In this document: positions 26,840 to 40,385 of the stretch, in pieces
Layout: each line of letters begins with the position of its first letter
How positions within the stretch are numbered: the stretch's first letter is position 1
Assembly (NCBI RefSeq): GCF_964194155.1
Contig: NC_135888.1
Span: 99,882,001 to 99,946,000, forward strand
Direction: 5' to 3'
Length of the DNA stretch: 64,000 nt
DNA from: Cetorhinus maximus
Taxonomy: Eukaryota
Made by a program: the position numbers and the translations under genes
Notes under the pieces: model-generated
The model's input: the letters and a program-made list of their open reading frames with translations, nothing else
Told to the model about the DNA's origin: nothing
Database searches by the model: none

Positions 26840-28286
26840 TTAGGCAGATGAAATGGGAAATAAAAGCATAACCATATTTTAAGTATCCTTTAGGCACAAG
26901 TAATAAAAGGGAAAAAGTAAGATAGTGATAGGGCCTCTAAGGGATAAGCAAGAAACTCAAAGATTATACTAATATCCCTGGCAGGGATACTGAATTGATA
27001 CTTTGCTTCAGTTTTCACAGAAGATGATATCAGGAAATTGGAAAGGGGTGGGGTGGGAACCTAGAAGTCATCGAGAGGTATTACAGCATTAAGATAGAAA
27101 GTTCAAGACAAACTAGCCATTTGAGAACACAGCAGAAGTTGTGGTGTCAATGTCAAAAATTTGGTTGAACAAAGGAATGCTGTCAGAAGACTAGTGAAGA
27201 GGAAATGTAATTCCAATCTTCAAAAAAGGAGTTGGAACAATTCCAGGGAGCTATAGAGCAGCTACCTAGATTTCTAAAAGAAACTCTAACCTTAAATTCC
27301 ATGAAGAAATAAGAGTAGAAAAGGGTAACACTGGATATGTTATACATAGACTTCAGAAGGATCTTTTTAAGTACCACCTAATAGATTCAAGGCATGTGGG
27401 ATTTGATTGAATGATAATTACAGAACAGAGATTAGGAGTTGAGGGATGTTTTACTGATTTGCTGAAAGTGTGAAGTCTCTTTCTCCCCCTTCCCCCCCCC
27501 CTCTGCCAAACAAAGATCTGTGCTGGGACAACTTCCCTGTACAAGTATATAATTCCAACTTGTAAACTGGGGCTATGGTGTTGAAACTTGTACATGAAAC
27601 TAAGTTGATCAATACAGCTAATGTGGGATTACACAAAGTACAGGAAAACAAACCTGCAGAGTGGGTGACTAAATGACAATTTTAATAGTGTGAAGGGAGT
27701 TATTTTTTTAATAGGAATAATGAGGCCTCTTATCCCTATAAGAATCTAAATAGGGTGGAGGAGGAGAGGTCTGAGTACAGATAAATAATTGCCCCAAACA
27801 AGTTGTTCGGGCTTACAGTGGGTTCGTTCTGGAGAAATGGGAGTATGAAAAGGTAAATGTTGAATTAAATAGACTGCACTTATGCACAGTTCTGGTCTTG
27901 AAGACAAAACACTGGGGAAAGTTGCATCCCCTCAAATCTTGGAACACCCTTGTTACCTTTTCAGATTATTAGGAAAGATTGGGACTCTTCACAGGAAGAC
28001 TGAGGAGACCTGAGAGACATTGGTTTTAAAATTATGAAGGGATTCGAAAGGGTGGATTTAGGGGGCTGTTTCCACTTGGTGATCATAGAACAAGGTAGCA
28101 ACTAACAGATCAAATAAAGAATTTAGGAGAAACTTGTTTTGGAGCAGTAAGAATATCAGTAGGCTGCCGCATGAAGTGGTTGAAGCAGATAGCATCACAT
28201 TTAAGGGGAGGTTTGATACATGTATGAAGGATGAGGAACAGAGAAAATGGGAGTGCTTTGGGAGAAGGTTAGTACGGAAAATAAAC
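26840..28286 (+). mobile_element. Heavily decayed CR1 LINE; its tail resumes after the hairpin insertion at about 29230
   Basis: tacatagacttcagaagg (YIDFxK), acaggaagactgaggagacctga and gtggttgaagcagatagcatc. The tail ataaacactagcatagacca|gttgggc is split by the insertion. Confidence 0.65.
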
Positions 28287-28357
28287 ACTAGCATAGACCA
28301 AAATAAAAATACCTGGAAAAACTCAGCAGGTTTGGCAGCATCTGCGGAGAGGAACAC

Positions 28358-28396
28358 AGTTAACGTTTCGAGTCCATATGACTCTTCAACAGAGCT
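28358..28396 (-). ncRNA. Minimal type I hammerhead-ribozyme-like motif (variant core CUGUUGA)
   Basis: The minus strand reads agct CTGTTGA a gagtc atatg gactc GAAAC GTT aact: a 5-bp stem II and a palindromic ACGU stem III, as in Penelope hammerheads. Confidence 0.55.
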
Positions 28397-29080
28397 AAGT
28401 AAAAATAGAAAAGAGGTGAAATATAAGCTGGTTTGGGGGGCGGTGGGTGGGACAGGTAAAGCTCGATAGAGGGCCAGTGATAGGTGGAGATAGACAAAAG
28501 GACAAAAAGGTGTTGAAGGTGGTGATATTATCTAAGGAATGTGCTAATTAAGGGTATAAAGCAGGACAAGCAAGGTACAGATAGCCCGGGTAGGGTGAAG
28601 GGAAGATATCGAAATAGGCTAAAAGGTAGAGATAAAACAATGGATGGAAATACATTTAAAAATAATGGAAATAGGTGGGAAAAAATCTATAAATTATTGG
28701 AAAAAAAGGGGGTGGGGCCCCATCCTCACCCCTTTTCCATCCCCCGTTTTTTCCAATTTATATAGATTTTTCTTTTCCCACCTATTTCCATTATTTTTAA
28801 ATGTATTTCCATCCATTGTTTTATCTCTACCTTTTAGCCTATTTCAATCCCTTCCCTTCACCCCACCCCACCCCCACGAGGGCTATCTGTACCTTGTCCT
28901 GCTTTCTACCCTTAATTAGCACATTCCTTGGATAATATCACCACCTTCAACACCTCCTTTTGTCTGACATCTTTTGGCTAGCTCCACCTATCATTTGGCC
29001 CTCTATCCAGCTCTACCCCCCCCCCCCCCCCCCCCCGCCACCTCTTAAACCAGCTTGTATTTCACCTCTTTTCTATTTTT

Positions 29081-29119
29081 ACTTCTGTTGAAGAGTCATA
29101 CGGACTCGAAACGTTAACT
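29081..29119 (+). ncRNA. Minimal type I hammerhead-ribozyme-like motif (variant core CUGUUGA)
   Basis: actt CTGTTGA a gagtc atacg gactc GAAAC GTT aact. Confidence 0.55.
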
Positions 29120-30269
29120 GTGTTCCTCTCCGCAGATGCTGCCAGACCTGCTGAGTTTTTCCAGGTATTTTTATTTTTGTTTTGGATTTCCAGCATCTGC
29201 AGTTCTTGCTTTTATACTAGCATAGACCAGTTGGGCTAACAGAATCTACAGCACAGGAACACGTCTATGTAATTCCTCCTTCCTGAAAGGAAAATGAGAT
29301 TCTCACATGGCTTCAGTTGGAATAAAAAAAGCTGGAAATACTCAGCAGGTCTGGCAGAATCTGGAGAGGGGAGGAGTTGACCTTTTCAAACCAATGATTT
29401 TTGATCCAAACCTTTTACTTCAGGAACTAAACTCTGAACCCATCACAGTCACTTGATCTCTTAAGACCTCCTCCTGTACACATTTGTTAACAGGGAAGTG
29501 TGAAACATCTCGTGCTGCTTTCAATTTTGTTTTCCTCAGTGTTTATAGTGTTCATGGTTTCAGTCTTGCATACCATCAGAGGCTGTGAAGTGTTAGCTTT
29601 GTATTTTTTTTTTGGGAGCAGTGGGCTGAGCAGGTGCTGAATAAATGAAAGCTTATTAACTCTTGCTACCAGATGTTTTGGAGATCTAATGGAAACTAGC
29701 ATGACTGATTTGGCTGAGCAAATTATTAAAGTTCAGATTATATGGAACAGGAACTGAACTGATCAGGATATTTGGGAAGTTCCTGATCGGCATTGGAAGT
29801 CTTGAACCTGAAGCCAGGTGTTTCCATGAGAGGTTTGCTCTTTATGTAGAGCACCTGCTAGAAGCTGGTTATAGAGTAATGTAAGGCCTGGCTGGAAATA
29901 ATTGTGTGGCAAAAGTGACAAAAATCATGTGTGCACAGGCACTGGTCTGGCCATGAGCACTAAGGATCATTTTCTGTTTTTAACACTTTGAAAACTGAGC
30001 AATCCAAAATAAACAAAGATCATTGGTGGAACTGACTTTGGGTCTCTGAAGACTTTATTCAGTATTTTTCATGTATCGACAGAAATATACATCAATCTAT
30101 TGCTGCTTCAAAATTCCCTGGTCTCATCCTATACTAACTGCAGAGTTAAATTTCTTTTTCTCCTTTCTTCTTTAATAAAAACCTGAGATCATCAGTCTGA
30201 GATTAAGCTAGAAGTAATGGTTCCTAATGGCATTAAAATGATTACTATGTAAACTAGCTTATCATAGAG

Positions 30270-30930
30270 CCTATAGCACTGAAACAGGCCATTTGCCCAA
30301 CAGGTCTGTATTTGCTTCACGTGCGCCTCCTATCTGCCAGGATCTTTTCACCATATCAGCATACCTTCTGTTTCTTTCTCCTTTGTTTATTTAGCAATAA
30401 TGTATTTGCTGTTCATCTCCCCAACAGGTTAACCCAATAATTGGGATTAATTTTTCACTTTTTCAGTGAAATGTAGTCTGCTCTTCAATACATTCTGTAA
30501 CCACATACACACCCCTAGACAATTTGCAGAATGAGTTTGCTGCTCATACACTTTTTGGAGTTCTACCTTCTTGCCACTCTTGGGGAAAGAAATTTCTCTT
30601 GGACTCCCTGGCCCCATACATCACAATGGGAAAACATCTGTTTAACATTGAGCTTATCAAGCCAATTCATGCAACCTCTAAGTCATCCCTCAGCCTTCTC
30701 TTTCCTAAAGCTTTCTGGTTTCTTCAGCCTTTCCTGATGAGTGTATCTCATCCTTGTGAATCATCTTTGCACATTCTCCAGTGCTATTATATTTTTTATA
30801 AAATGGAGACCAGAACTGTGCACAGTTGTGTGATCCAGGTGTGATCTAACAACGGTTTGATTTTTTTAACCGAATTGAAAAGCAGAGAAGTTACATCTCT
30901 CCCAGAAATGAACTCGTTTAGTTAGCTTTT
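30270..30930 (-). mobile_element. Decayed CR1 3' fragments
   Basis: tatagcactgaaacaggccatttgccca (tail) and atggagaccagaactgtgcacag ([10 protein letters not shown] region, reverse). Confidence 0.6.
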
Positions 30931-31859
30931 TTATGGCCACCTTGTCTCTTGAGAGGGGGAGGGGGTATGAATTCCTCACTAGTTTTTAAAAGTGTTTTTA
31001 TCTACCAAAAGATTGAAGACACAGTCATTTTTTTAAAGCAGCATACTCATTCTGCAAATTATCCTTTTGTATTAGAATGTGCTGAAGAACAGGCCACATT
31101 TTGCTGAGAAATAGTAAAATAAATCTCAATTAACCTGCTTTTCTCTTTAAGATGAGTTATGATAAATAGAAGTTTACTTCTGTATGAAGTGAATTATATT
31201 AAGTGGTGCAATCTTATCTGGTTTATTCTAGTGTACAAAAGAGATAATGAGGATTCACCAGATGGGGAAGTAAATGGAAAAAGCAGTTTTTAAATATCTA
31301 ATGCTTAATGTCTAGCCTGATGAAGCTTTGTAACTAACTTGATGTTCTGGTCTTGAAATATCTTTGCTTAATATGCAAGTGACCAATTCTGAATCTGATT
31401 ACTTTAACTGCACATGTTCAGTTTGATGATCTGCTCCAATGGGAATAATTAGATTACTATTGCTAAAGAAATATGGATTCTTGTAGAAACAGATTTAAGT
31501 TCCAGTTATTAACTCAATTAATAATGACAAATGTGGATTTGAGCTGTCCTTGACTTCAGATTTTTAAAAAAGTTTAAATAGGAGCTTCATCTAGTATACC
31601 TGCAGCTGGTGTTCAGCACAACTGTTTTATTTAATATTCTTGTCCTGCATGTGATAAAAGCCTGCTGTTTCTAGTGATAACCTAATAGATTCCTTCCAAG
31701 ATATATCAAATGGAGAAATGACTGACCCAATAATGGCATGATACTTAACAGTAAAACATGAAGGCCAAAAGGTTGTGAGAGAAAATCAGGTAAGAATGAT
31801 GTCTTCAATTCTACAGAACTTGTTTTTTTTCAGGGCAGTTACATTCAAACATACAATGG

Positions 31860-32640
31860 CACAAAAGCAAAACTGGATACTGGAAATACTCAGAACAGAC
31901 AGCATCAGCAGAAAGAGACTGTTGACATTTCAAGTCAGGTGACTGTCAGAACTAGAAAAAGCTAGATGTTATAGTTTTAAGTACAGAAGAGGTGGGGATA
32001 ACAAGAGAATTTCTAACAGGTTGGAAGGCATATGTTAAATGACAAAAGGATGATGGTACAAGGCAAAGGGAGATGGTAATGGAACAAGTAAAACAAAAGA
32101 TGGAATTGGAGTTGTACATTCAAAAAGCAGAATCAACAGCTGCCATTCCCCCAAAAATGGGGGCAGAGGTTATGATTTGAAATTGTTGAGCCCAATATTC
32201 ATACAGTCATAGCTATTGTGTGAAAGGCTGTAAAGTGCCTAATTGAAAGCCCATATCATGAGCAGGGAATACACTATACATAGAATGGATTTCTTTGTAT
32301 TCCCTGCAAGGAATGTTGGAAGGAAGGAGGTAAAAAGGCAGGTGATTAATTTTGTGCATGCTTGAAAATATGCTGTGGAAAGGGGAGGGGGTGTTGGGGA
32401 TAATGGAGCTGAGGGAATGATTCCTTCAATGCTGAAGAGGGGAAGCTATTTTATAGTAGCACCACAGATGTGGAGTATGATCCATTGAGTATGGTGGCCA
32501 GTGGATGTACAATGAGGTAGAGGGAATGTTTTTTTTTGTAGATCTGAAGGAGGGGAAGAAGTGAGAGCAGAAGTGTGAAAAATGGAATGGTCATGGTCCC
32601 TGTCAACTGTTCCAGGAAGTCTTCTGCTAAGGAAAAGGTG
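31860..32640 (-). mobile_element. Decayed Penelope-like element 3' region
   Basis: aaaagcaaaactggatactggaaatactcag..gttgacatttcaagtca, followed by purine-rich sequence homologous to 33765-34115 and 36700-37100. Confidence 0.6.
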
Positions 32641-32724
32641 ATATTGAAATGTACAAATTCTGATTTACATTTAGGAATTATGGGAGAATATTCTTCAAGT
32701 AGTACAAGAAACATTATTCTTTTC

Positions 32725-33015
32725 ACCGGATGTGGGTGTCACTGACTAGGCCAGTATTTGTCTATGCCTAACTCCCCCCGAGAGTGATGGTGAGCCACCA
32801 CCTTGACCTGCTGCAGTCCATGTGGTGTAAGTGCACCCACAGTGCTGTTGGGGAGTTCTGGGGTTTTGACCAGCACCGGTGAAGGAATGGCGATTATAGT
32901 ACCAAGTCAGGATGGTGTGTGGCTTGGAGGGGAATGTCCAGTTGGTGTTCCCATGTGTCTGCTGCCCTTGTCTTTCTAGATCCCAGAGGTCACTGGTTGG
33001 TTTGGAAGGTGCTGT
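32725..33015 (-). mobile_element. 3' tail of the CR1-like LINE family seen at 34115-36562
   Basis: ggatgtgggtgtcactgactaggccagtattt..tgcagtccatgtggtgta..gacccagc. Further copies at 33360-33750 and 38095-38320. Confidence 0.75.
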
Positions 33016-33359
33016 GTTGCCATGCTGGGGCTGGGTGGGATTAAGGATTACAAGATATGTCAGAAAATTAATTTTTAATGTAAACAAGTGTTGCTAGATA
33101 TTAGGATTTGTATTTCCAATGTAATGTCACATTATCTGTAATACTGTTACCATTATCTGTAATTCTGAATATTTAATATTTGTGACAATATATTTTTGCA
33201 GTGTTCAGTTTCTTCTCACTCTCCAATAGTAACATGCAAGCAAATTTGAGCTGTTTGTGTTTAGTTTGACAGTCAATGATGTAAAAACTTGTGCTAACAA
33301 ATGACAAAACAAGTAAAAATCACAACACAAGCCAAATGCTGGAAATCTGAAATATTGTT

Positions 33360-33750
33360 TTCTATTCATTCATGGGATGTGGGTTTCGCTGGCTGGGCCA
33401 GCATTTATTGCCCATCCCTAGTTGCCCTTGAGAAAGTGGTGAGCTGCCACCTTGAACCACTGCAACCCATGTGGTGTAGGTGCACCCACGGTGCTGTTAG
33501 GAAGGGAGCACCAGGATTTTGACCCAGCAACAGTGAAGGAACGCCAACAAGTCAGGATGGTGAGTGGCTTGGAGGGGAACTTGCAGGTGGTGGTGTTCTC
33601 ATCTACCTGCTGCCCTTGTCCTTCTAGTTGGTAGTGGTTGTGGGTTTGGAAGGTGCTGTTGAAGGAGCCTTGGTGAATTCCTGCAGTGCATCTTGTAGAT
33701 AGTGTACACTGCTGCTACTGTGTGTCAGTGGTGGAGGGAGTGAATGTTTG
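33360..33750 (-). mobile_element. 3' fragment of the same CR1-like LINE family
   Basis: attcattcatgggatgtgggtttcgctggctgggccagcatttattgcccatcccta..gagccttggtgaattcctgc is the reverse complement of 36250-36560. Confidence 0.8.
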
Positions 33751-33764
33751 TGCATGTAGTGCCA

Positions 33765-36700
33765 GAACAAACAATGCTGGAATACTCTGGTCTGGCAGCA
33801 TCTGTGGTCAGGAATGTTTCAGGTCTGTGACCTTCATCAAAACTGGGAAAATTAGATGGATAATAGTGGGGGGGGAAAAAACAACAAAAGAGTAGGTCTG
33901 TCATCAGGTTGGGGGCAGAAGAGATTAAAATGACAGATGGTTTTGTGGCACAAGGCCAAAGGGTGTGGTAGTGGGACAGGACAAGACATCTAGAGGATGA
34001 GTGAATGACAGGACCTTTAATAGCAGCTGTCAAAACAAAAGTGTAATGGAAATGAGGAAAACCAACAAATAAGCAAAGAAATGAAACATCATGGCAGAGG
34101 TTGAATCTAAAGTGCCCTATCAAGGCTCTGGACCCCATGAAGTCTCTCACCATCAGGTCAAACATGGGCAAGGAAATCTCTTGATTACTGCATACTGTCC
34201 TCCCTCAGTTGATGAATCAGTGCTCCATGTTGAACACCACTTGGAGGAAGCACTGAGACTGGCAAGGGTGCCAAATGTACTCTGGGTGAGGGGACTTCAA
34301 TGCTCATCACCAAGAGTGGCTCAGTATCACCACTACTGACCAAGCTGGCAGAGTCTTAAAGTACATAGCTGCTAGACTGGGTCTGCAGCAGGTGGTGAGG
34401 GAAAGACATACTTGACCTTATCCTCACCAACCTGCCTACTGCAGATGCATCTGTCCATGACAGTATTGGTAGGAGTGACCACTGCACAGTTGTGGAGACG
34501 AAGTCCTGGCTTCACATTAAGGATACCTTCTATGTTGTGTGGCACTACCACTGCTAAATGGGTTAGATTTCAAACACATCTAGCAAGTCCAGACTGGGCA
34601 ACCATGAGGTGTTGTGGGCCAGCAGCAGCAGAATTGTACTCAAACACAGTCTGTAACCTCCACTCCACCATTACCATCAACCCTGGTTCAATGAAGAGTG
34701 CAGGAGGGCATGCCAGGAGCAGCCAGGCATACCTAAAAATGAGGCATCAACCTGCTGAAGCTATAACATAGGACTACTTGTGTGCCAAATAGCATAAGCA
34801 GCAAGTGATATACAGGGCTAAGCGATCCCACCACCAACTGACCTAAGCTCTGCCGTCCTCCCACTCCAGTCGTGAATGGTGGTGGGCAGTTAAACAACTC
34901 GCTGGAGGAGGCTCCACAAATATCCCCATCCCCAATGATGGAGGAGCCCAGCACATCAGTGCAAAAGATAAGGCTGAAGCATTTGCTACAATCTTCAGCC
35001 AGAAGTGCCAAGTGGATGATCCATCTCAGCCTCCTCCAGAGGTCCCCCACATCAGATGCCAGTCTTCAGCCAATTTGTTTCACTCCACATAATATCAAGA
35101 AATGGCTGAAGGCACTGGATACAGCAAAGGCTATGGGCCCTGACAATATTCTGGCAATAGTACTGAAGACTTGTGCACTCCAGAACTTGCCATGCCCCTA
35201 GCCTAGCTGTTCCAATACAGCTACAACACTGGCATCTACCTGGCTATGTGGAAAATTGCCTAGGTATGTCCTGTACACAAAGCAGGACAAATCCAACCTG
35301 GCCAATTACCACCCTATCAGTCTACTCTCCATCAGTAAAGTAATGGAAGGGATCATCAACAGTGTTAACAAGCAGCACTTGCTTAGCAATAACCTGCTCA
35401 CTGACGCCCAGTTTGGGTTCTGTCAGAGCAACTCAGCACCTGACCTCATTACAGCCTTGGTTCAAACATGGACAAAAGAGCTGAACTCCCAAGGTGCAGT
35501 GAAGTGACTGCCCTTGACAGTGTGGCATCAAGGAGCCCTAGCAAAACTGGAGTCAATGGGAATTAGGGGAGAAATTCTCCACTGGTTAGAGCCGTACCTA
35601 GCATATAGGAAGATGGTTGTGATTGTTGGAAGTCAGTATTTCAGCTCCAGGACATCACTGCAGGAGTTCCTCAGGGTAGTGTCCTAGGCCCAGGCATCTT
35701 CAGCTGCTTCATCAATGACCTTCCTTCCATCATAAGGTCAGAAGTAGGGATGTTATCAGCAATGTTCAGCACTATTTCATGACTCCCCAGATACTAAAGC
35801 AGTCCATGTCCAAAAGCAACAAGACCTGGACAATATCCAGGTTTGGGCTAACAAGTAGTAAGTAACATTTGGGCCACAAGTGTCAGGCAATGACCATCTC
35901 TGACAATGGAGAATCCAACCATTGGCCCTTGATGTTTAATGGTGTTCCCATGACTGAATCCCCCATTATCAACATCCTGGGGGTTACCATTGACCAGAAA
36001 CTGAACTGGACTAGCCACATAAATACTGTGGCTACAAGAGCAGGTCAGAGGCTGAGTCATGGTCGAGTAACTCACCACCTGACTCTCCAAAGCCTGTCCA
36101 TCAAGGCGCAAGTCAGGAGTGCAATGGAGTATTCCCCACTTGCCTGTATGAGTGCAGCTCCCAAACATTTGAAGCTTGACACCATCCAGGACACAGCAGC
36201 CCACTTGATTGGCACCACATTCACTCCCCCCACCACTGCCACACAGCAGCAGTGTGTACCCATCTACAAAATGCACAGCAGGAATTCACCAAGGCTCCTT
36301 TAACAGCACCTTCCAAGCTCACTACCACTATGATCTAGAAGGACAAGGACTGCAGATAGATGGGAACACCACCTGGAAGTTCCCCTCCCAAGTCACTCAC
36401 CATCCTGACTTGGAAATGTAACACTGTTCCTTCACTGTCATGGAGTCAAAATCCTGGAACTCCCTTCCTAACAACACTGGGTGTACCCTACACCACATGC
36501 ACTGCAGCGGTTCAAGAAGGCAGCTCACTACCACCTCCAAGGGCAATTAGGGATGGGCAAATAGCTTGTGTTGAGCTTCATTGGAATGCAAGCAGGCCAA
36601 GGTCAGAGTGGGAGAAAGGTGGAGAATTAGTGGCTGTTGACTGGAAGCTCGATTCAGGCTTGTGGTCTGAATCTGTGTTCGACCAAGTGGTGTCAGTGTT

Positions 36701-38500
36701 GAGGAAGCCAGATCATGAGCTGCAAACATGATACTAAATTGAAAGGTACAAGTAAATTCCTGTTTTGCCTGCAAGGACTATTTGGGGCCATGGACAGTGG
36801 GGAGGGAGGTAAAAGCACGGGCAAGGTACTGTAAGAAGGGGAGGGAGTGTTGAGGGTAACAGAAGTGGTTTAAGGTATTATGGAGACTATACTCCCTCTG
36901 GAAAGCTGAAGGAGTAGTGGAAGGGACAATGTTTGCCATCTGATGCCACCAGAGGATCCATTTAATGTGGAGGCTGATGGAATGGAAGGTGAGGGCAAGG
37001 GGAACCTTATCATTTTCCTGGGAGGGAAGGAGGGGCTGTGCAAGCAGAAGTGAGAAATGGAATGGGAACAGTTGAGGACCCTATCAACTACAGTGGAGGG
37101 GGAATGCTTAGTAGAGGAAAAGGCATATCTGAAACGCTAGTATGGAAGATTGCATTGCCTGAACCGCTGCAACAGAGAAACTGGGAGAATGGGATAGAGT
37201 CCTTATAGGAAGCGGGATGAAGTGTAGTTGGGTAGCTGTCAGAGTTGGTGGGCATATAAATATTGCCTGATAGCCTGAAATGAAGTAAAGGGAGGAGTTG
37301 GAGATGGCAGCAGTGAAAGTAAGGGTGGAAATTGGAAGCAAAGTTGATGATTTTCCACTTTTGCACTGAGCAGGAAACTGCACTGGGCAGTATCAATATG
37401 CCCCTTGCTCACCTCTTCTGGTATGAGTAGGACTGAAACAAAATGTTCTGCATACCCCACAAAATGGCAGATATAGCTAGGGCCTATTCAGCACCTTTTT
37501 TTATTTGGAGGAAGTGAGTGAAATTAATTTAATGTGAGAATTAGTTCAGCCAGGCAGGTGCTGGTAGATGGGGACTGGCTGGGCCTTCAACAAAGTGGAG
37601 AGCTCTGACTGCCCAAGTGTAGGGTCGGGGTGTAAAGTGATTGGATGCCCATAGTGAAAAGATGGTGGTTAAATCAAACTGGAAACTTAATGTAGGAGGG
37701 AATCAGAAGAATCTTGGATGTGGGTGGCAAGAGATTGGATGAAGAGAGAAGTAGTGATACGAAATCAGTTCTGTGGGGCTGGAGCAGGCTGAAATGGGCC
37801 TATCACAGCAGTAGAAGCAGGCTGTATGGGGTTGGGGAACTGAGGTTGGAGGCAGTGGAGGAAAGATTTCCAGAGGAGACGAGGTTAGTGACGGTCCTGG
37901 AAATGATGGCTTGATGCTCAATGTTGAGGTTATGGTCTGCATGTGGGGGAGTAGGAGAGTCAGTGTTGGCGTTTGGCCTTTGCTAGGTATAGATCAGTAT
38001 GCCAGGCAATAACAGCACCCTGTCAGCAGATTTGATAACTTGTTCGGGTTGGACCAGAGTGCTGAGAGTTCAGAGGGAGCTAGGTTAGAGGAGGATGTGG
38101 GCTTCACTGGCCGGGCCAGTATTTATTGCCCATCCCTATTTGCCCTTGAAAGTATTAGTGAGCTGCTGCCTTGAACTGCTGCAGTTCATGTGGTGTAGGT
38201 GTGCACACAGTGCTGTTAGGAAGGGGAATCCGGAATTTTGACCCAGTGCCAGTGAAGGAATGGTGATTTATATTTCCAAGTCATGGTGAGTGACTTGGAG
38301 GGGAATGCCCAGTTGGTGGTGGGTAAGGTGATGATGAAGCAAAGATCAGACCATTCAGGGTCAAAAGGAAAGGTTGGGTGTCATGAGTACAAGGTAAGAG
38401 GTGAGATTTGATGAAGGGATGGAGTCTGAGGAAAGTGCAGGGGAAGAATATAGAGGGGTGTTGGTATTCTTTAATTTTTTTGAGCTTGTGATCCTTCACA
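33765..38500 (-). mobile_element. Penelope-like retroelement, decayed, split by LINE insertions at 34115-36562 and 38095-38320
   Basis: pLTR end at 33765-33845 with a hammerhead-like motif (ttgatga aggtc aca gacct gaaac). RT-region peptides SYKDSIPFSQFL (37088-37396) and PHTACFY..RPISACSSPTELIS (37703-37942). Confidence 0.75.
34115..36562 (+). mobile_element. CR1/L2-group LINE with APE endonuclease and RT remnants and 3' tail
   Basis: LLITAYCPPS..NVLWV, KAMGPDNI, KQDKSNLANYHPISLLS..QFGF, GVPQGSVLGP, ILGVTIDQKLNWTSHI. Tail aagggcaattagggatgggcaa. Confidence 0.9.
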
Positions 38501-39107
38501 CCTGGAAGGAAGAAAAGTATTTTGTTAAAATGCCATGAGATGAAGGATCAATGAAACTGGACCAGGATTGTTTTGAGATGGTGAGTCAGTGTCACTTGAC
38601 AGAGGTTGAGTGTACAAAGTGTTCGTGAATGGTGTGGAGTGTGGCCACGCTCGATGTGACGAGATCAACGGTTCAAGGCATACTGAAGGCGATACTCTTT
38701 GTTCCTGATCCAACCTGTAATTTTGGTTGGAATTTCAATTGGAATCCACGTGGATTAAATTAGAGCTGGAGCTAGTTGCTTAAAAATCGAAGGTGATATT
38801 AATCCTCTTGCATAATATTGCTGTTTTGGAGCATTTATCTTACACTGATCCAAGGAAGGTGAACTATAAACTAATTTAGGCGGTGTTAATTTACAATAAA
38901 TTGCATAAAAACTTGCTTACTTAAGAAGCCTAATGAAAACAGTTTCTGCTTTTTTTTTCTACTGAAGCAGTAGTTTATATTGAGCAAGTAGTAGCTAAGT
39001 GTTGCAGTTTGAGGTGATCCCTCCATCTATCTTGAGGACAATGGAACAGACAGGGCTCCTGAACTGCAGCACAGAATGGGGCCGAGGTTACCTAGCAGCC
39101 AGCCACT

Positions 39108-39167
39108 GACCAATCAGGGCGGCGGAGCCGAGGTGAGGCCCCGCCCCTCTCTCCCTGCTATATAAAG
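39108..39167 (+). promoter_or_regulatory. Pol II core promoter of copy 2, identical to copy 1
   Basis: CCAAT 39110-39114, CCCCGCCCC 39139-39147, TATATAAA 39159-39166. Confidence 0.88.
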
Positions 39168-39177
39168 CGCTCATTAG

Positions 39178-40203
<1,026 letters not shown>

Positions 40204-40220
40204 CATGCGCATGAATTTAA

Positions 40221-40316
40221 TGTGTAAGGGGGAAGTATTTGATTTGTACACATGGCTCAAGCTAAAAGTGAATTGTGTGTAAACTGTGTAAGGGGGATGT
40301 ATTTGATATGTACACA
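40221..40316 (+). repeat. 32-bp direct repeat in the copy 2 3'UTR (40221-40252 and 40285-40316; 2 mismatches)
   Basis: tgtgtaagggggaagtatttgatttgtacaca versus tgtgtaagggggatgtatttgatatgtacaca. Confidence 0.85.
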
Positions 40317-40379
40317 GAAGTAGCTGTAAAGCTACATAATGTATTCATCTAATCAAGGATAATTGTATACTTTTTTCAC

Positions 40380-40385
40380 AATAAA
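40380..40385 (+). terminator. Polyadenylation signal of copy 2
   Basis: ttttttcacAATAAA, homologous to ttttttcatAATAAA of copy 1. Confidence 0.7.

Larger units (their letters stand above)
28301..29215. mobile_element. 915-bp fold-back Penelope-derived insertion with 14-bp target-site duplication
   Basis: 28301-28710 is the reverse complement of about 28740-29177. ACTAGCATAGACCA flanks it at 28287-28300 and 29216-29229. Confidence 0.9.

Noticed and set aside
28134-28919. ORFs across the large hairpin
   Set aside because: They are low-complexity translations of non-coding pLTR and CR1 tail sequence.
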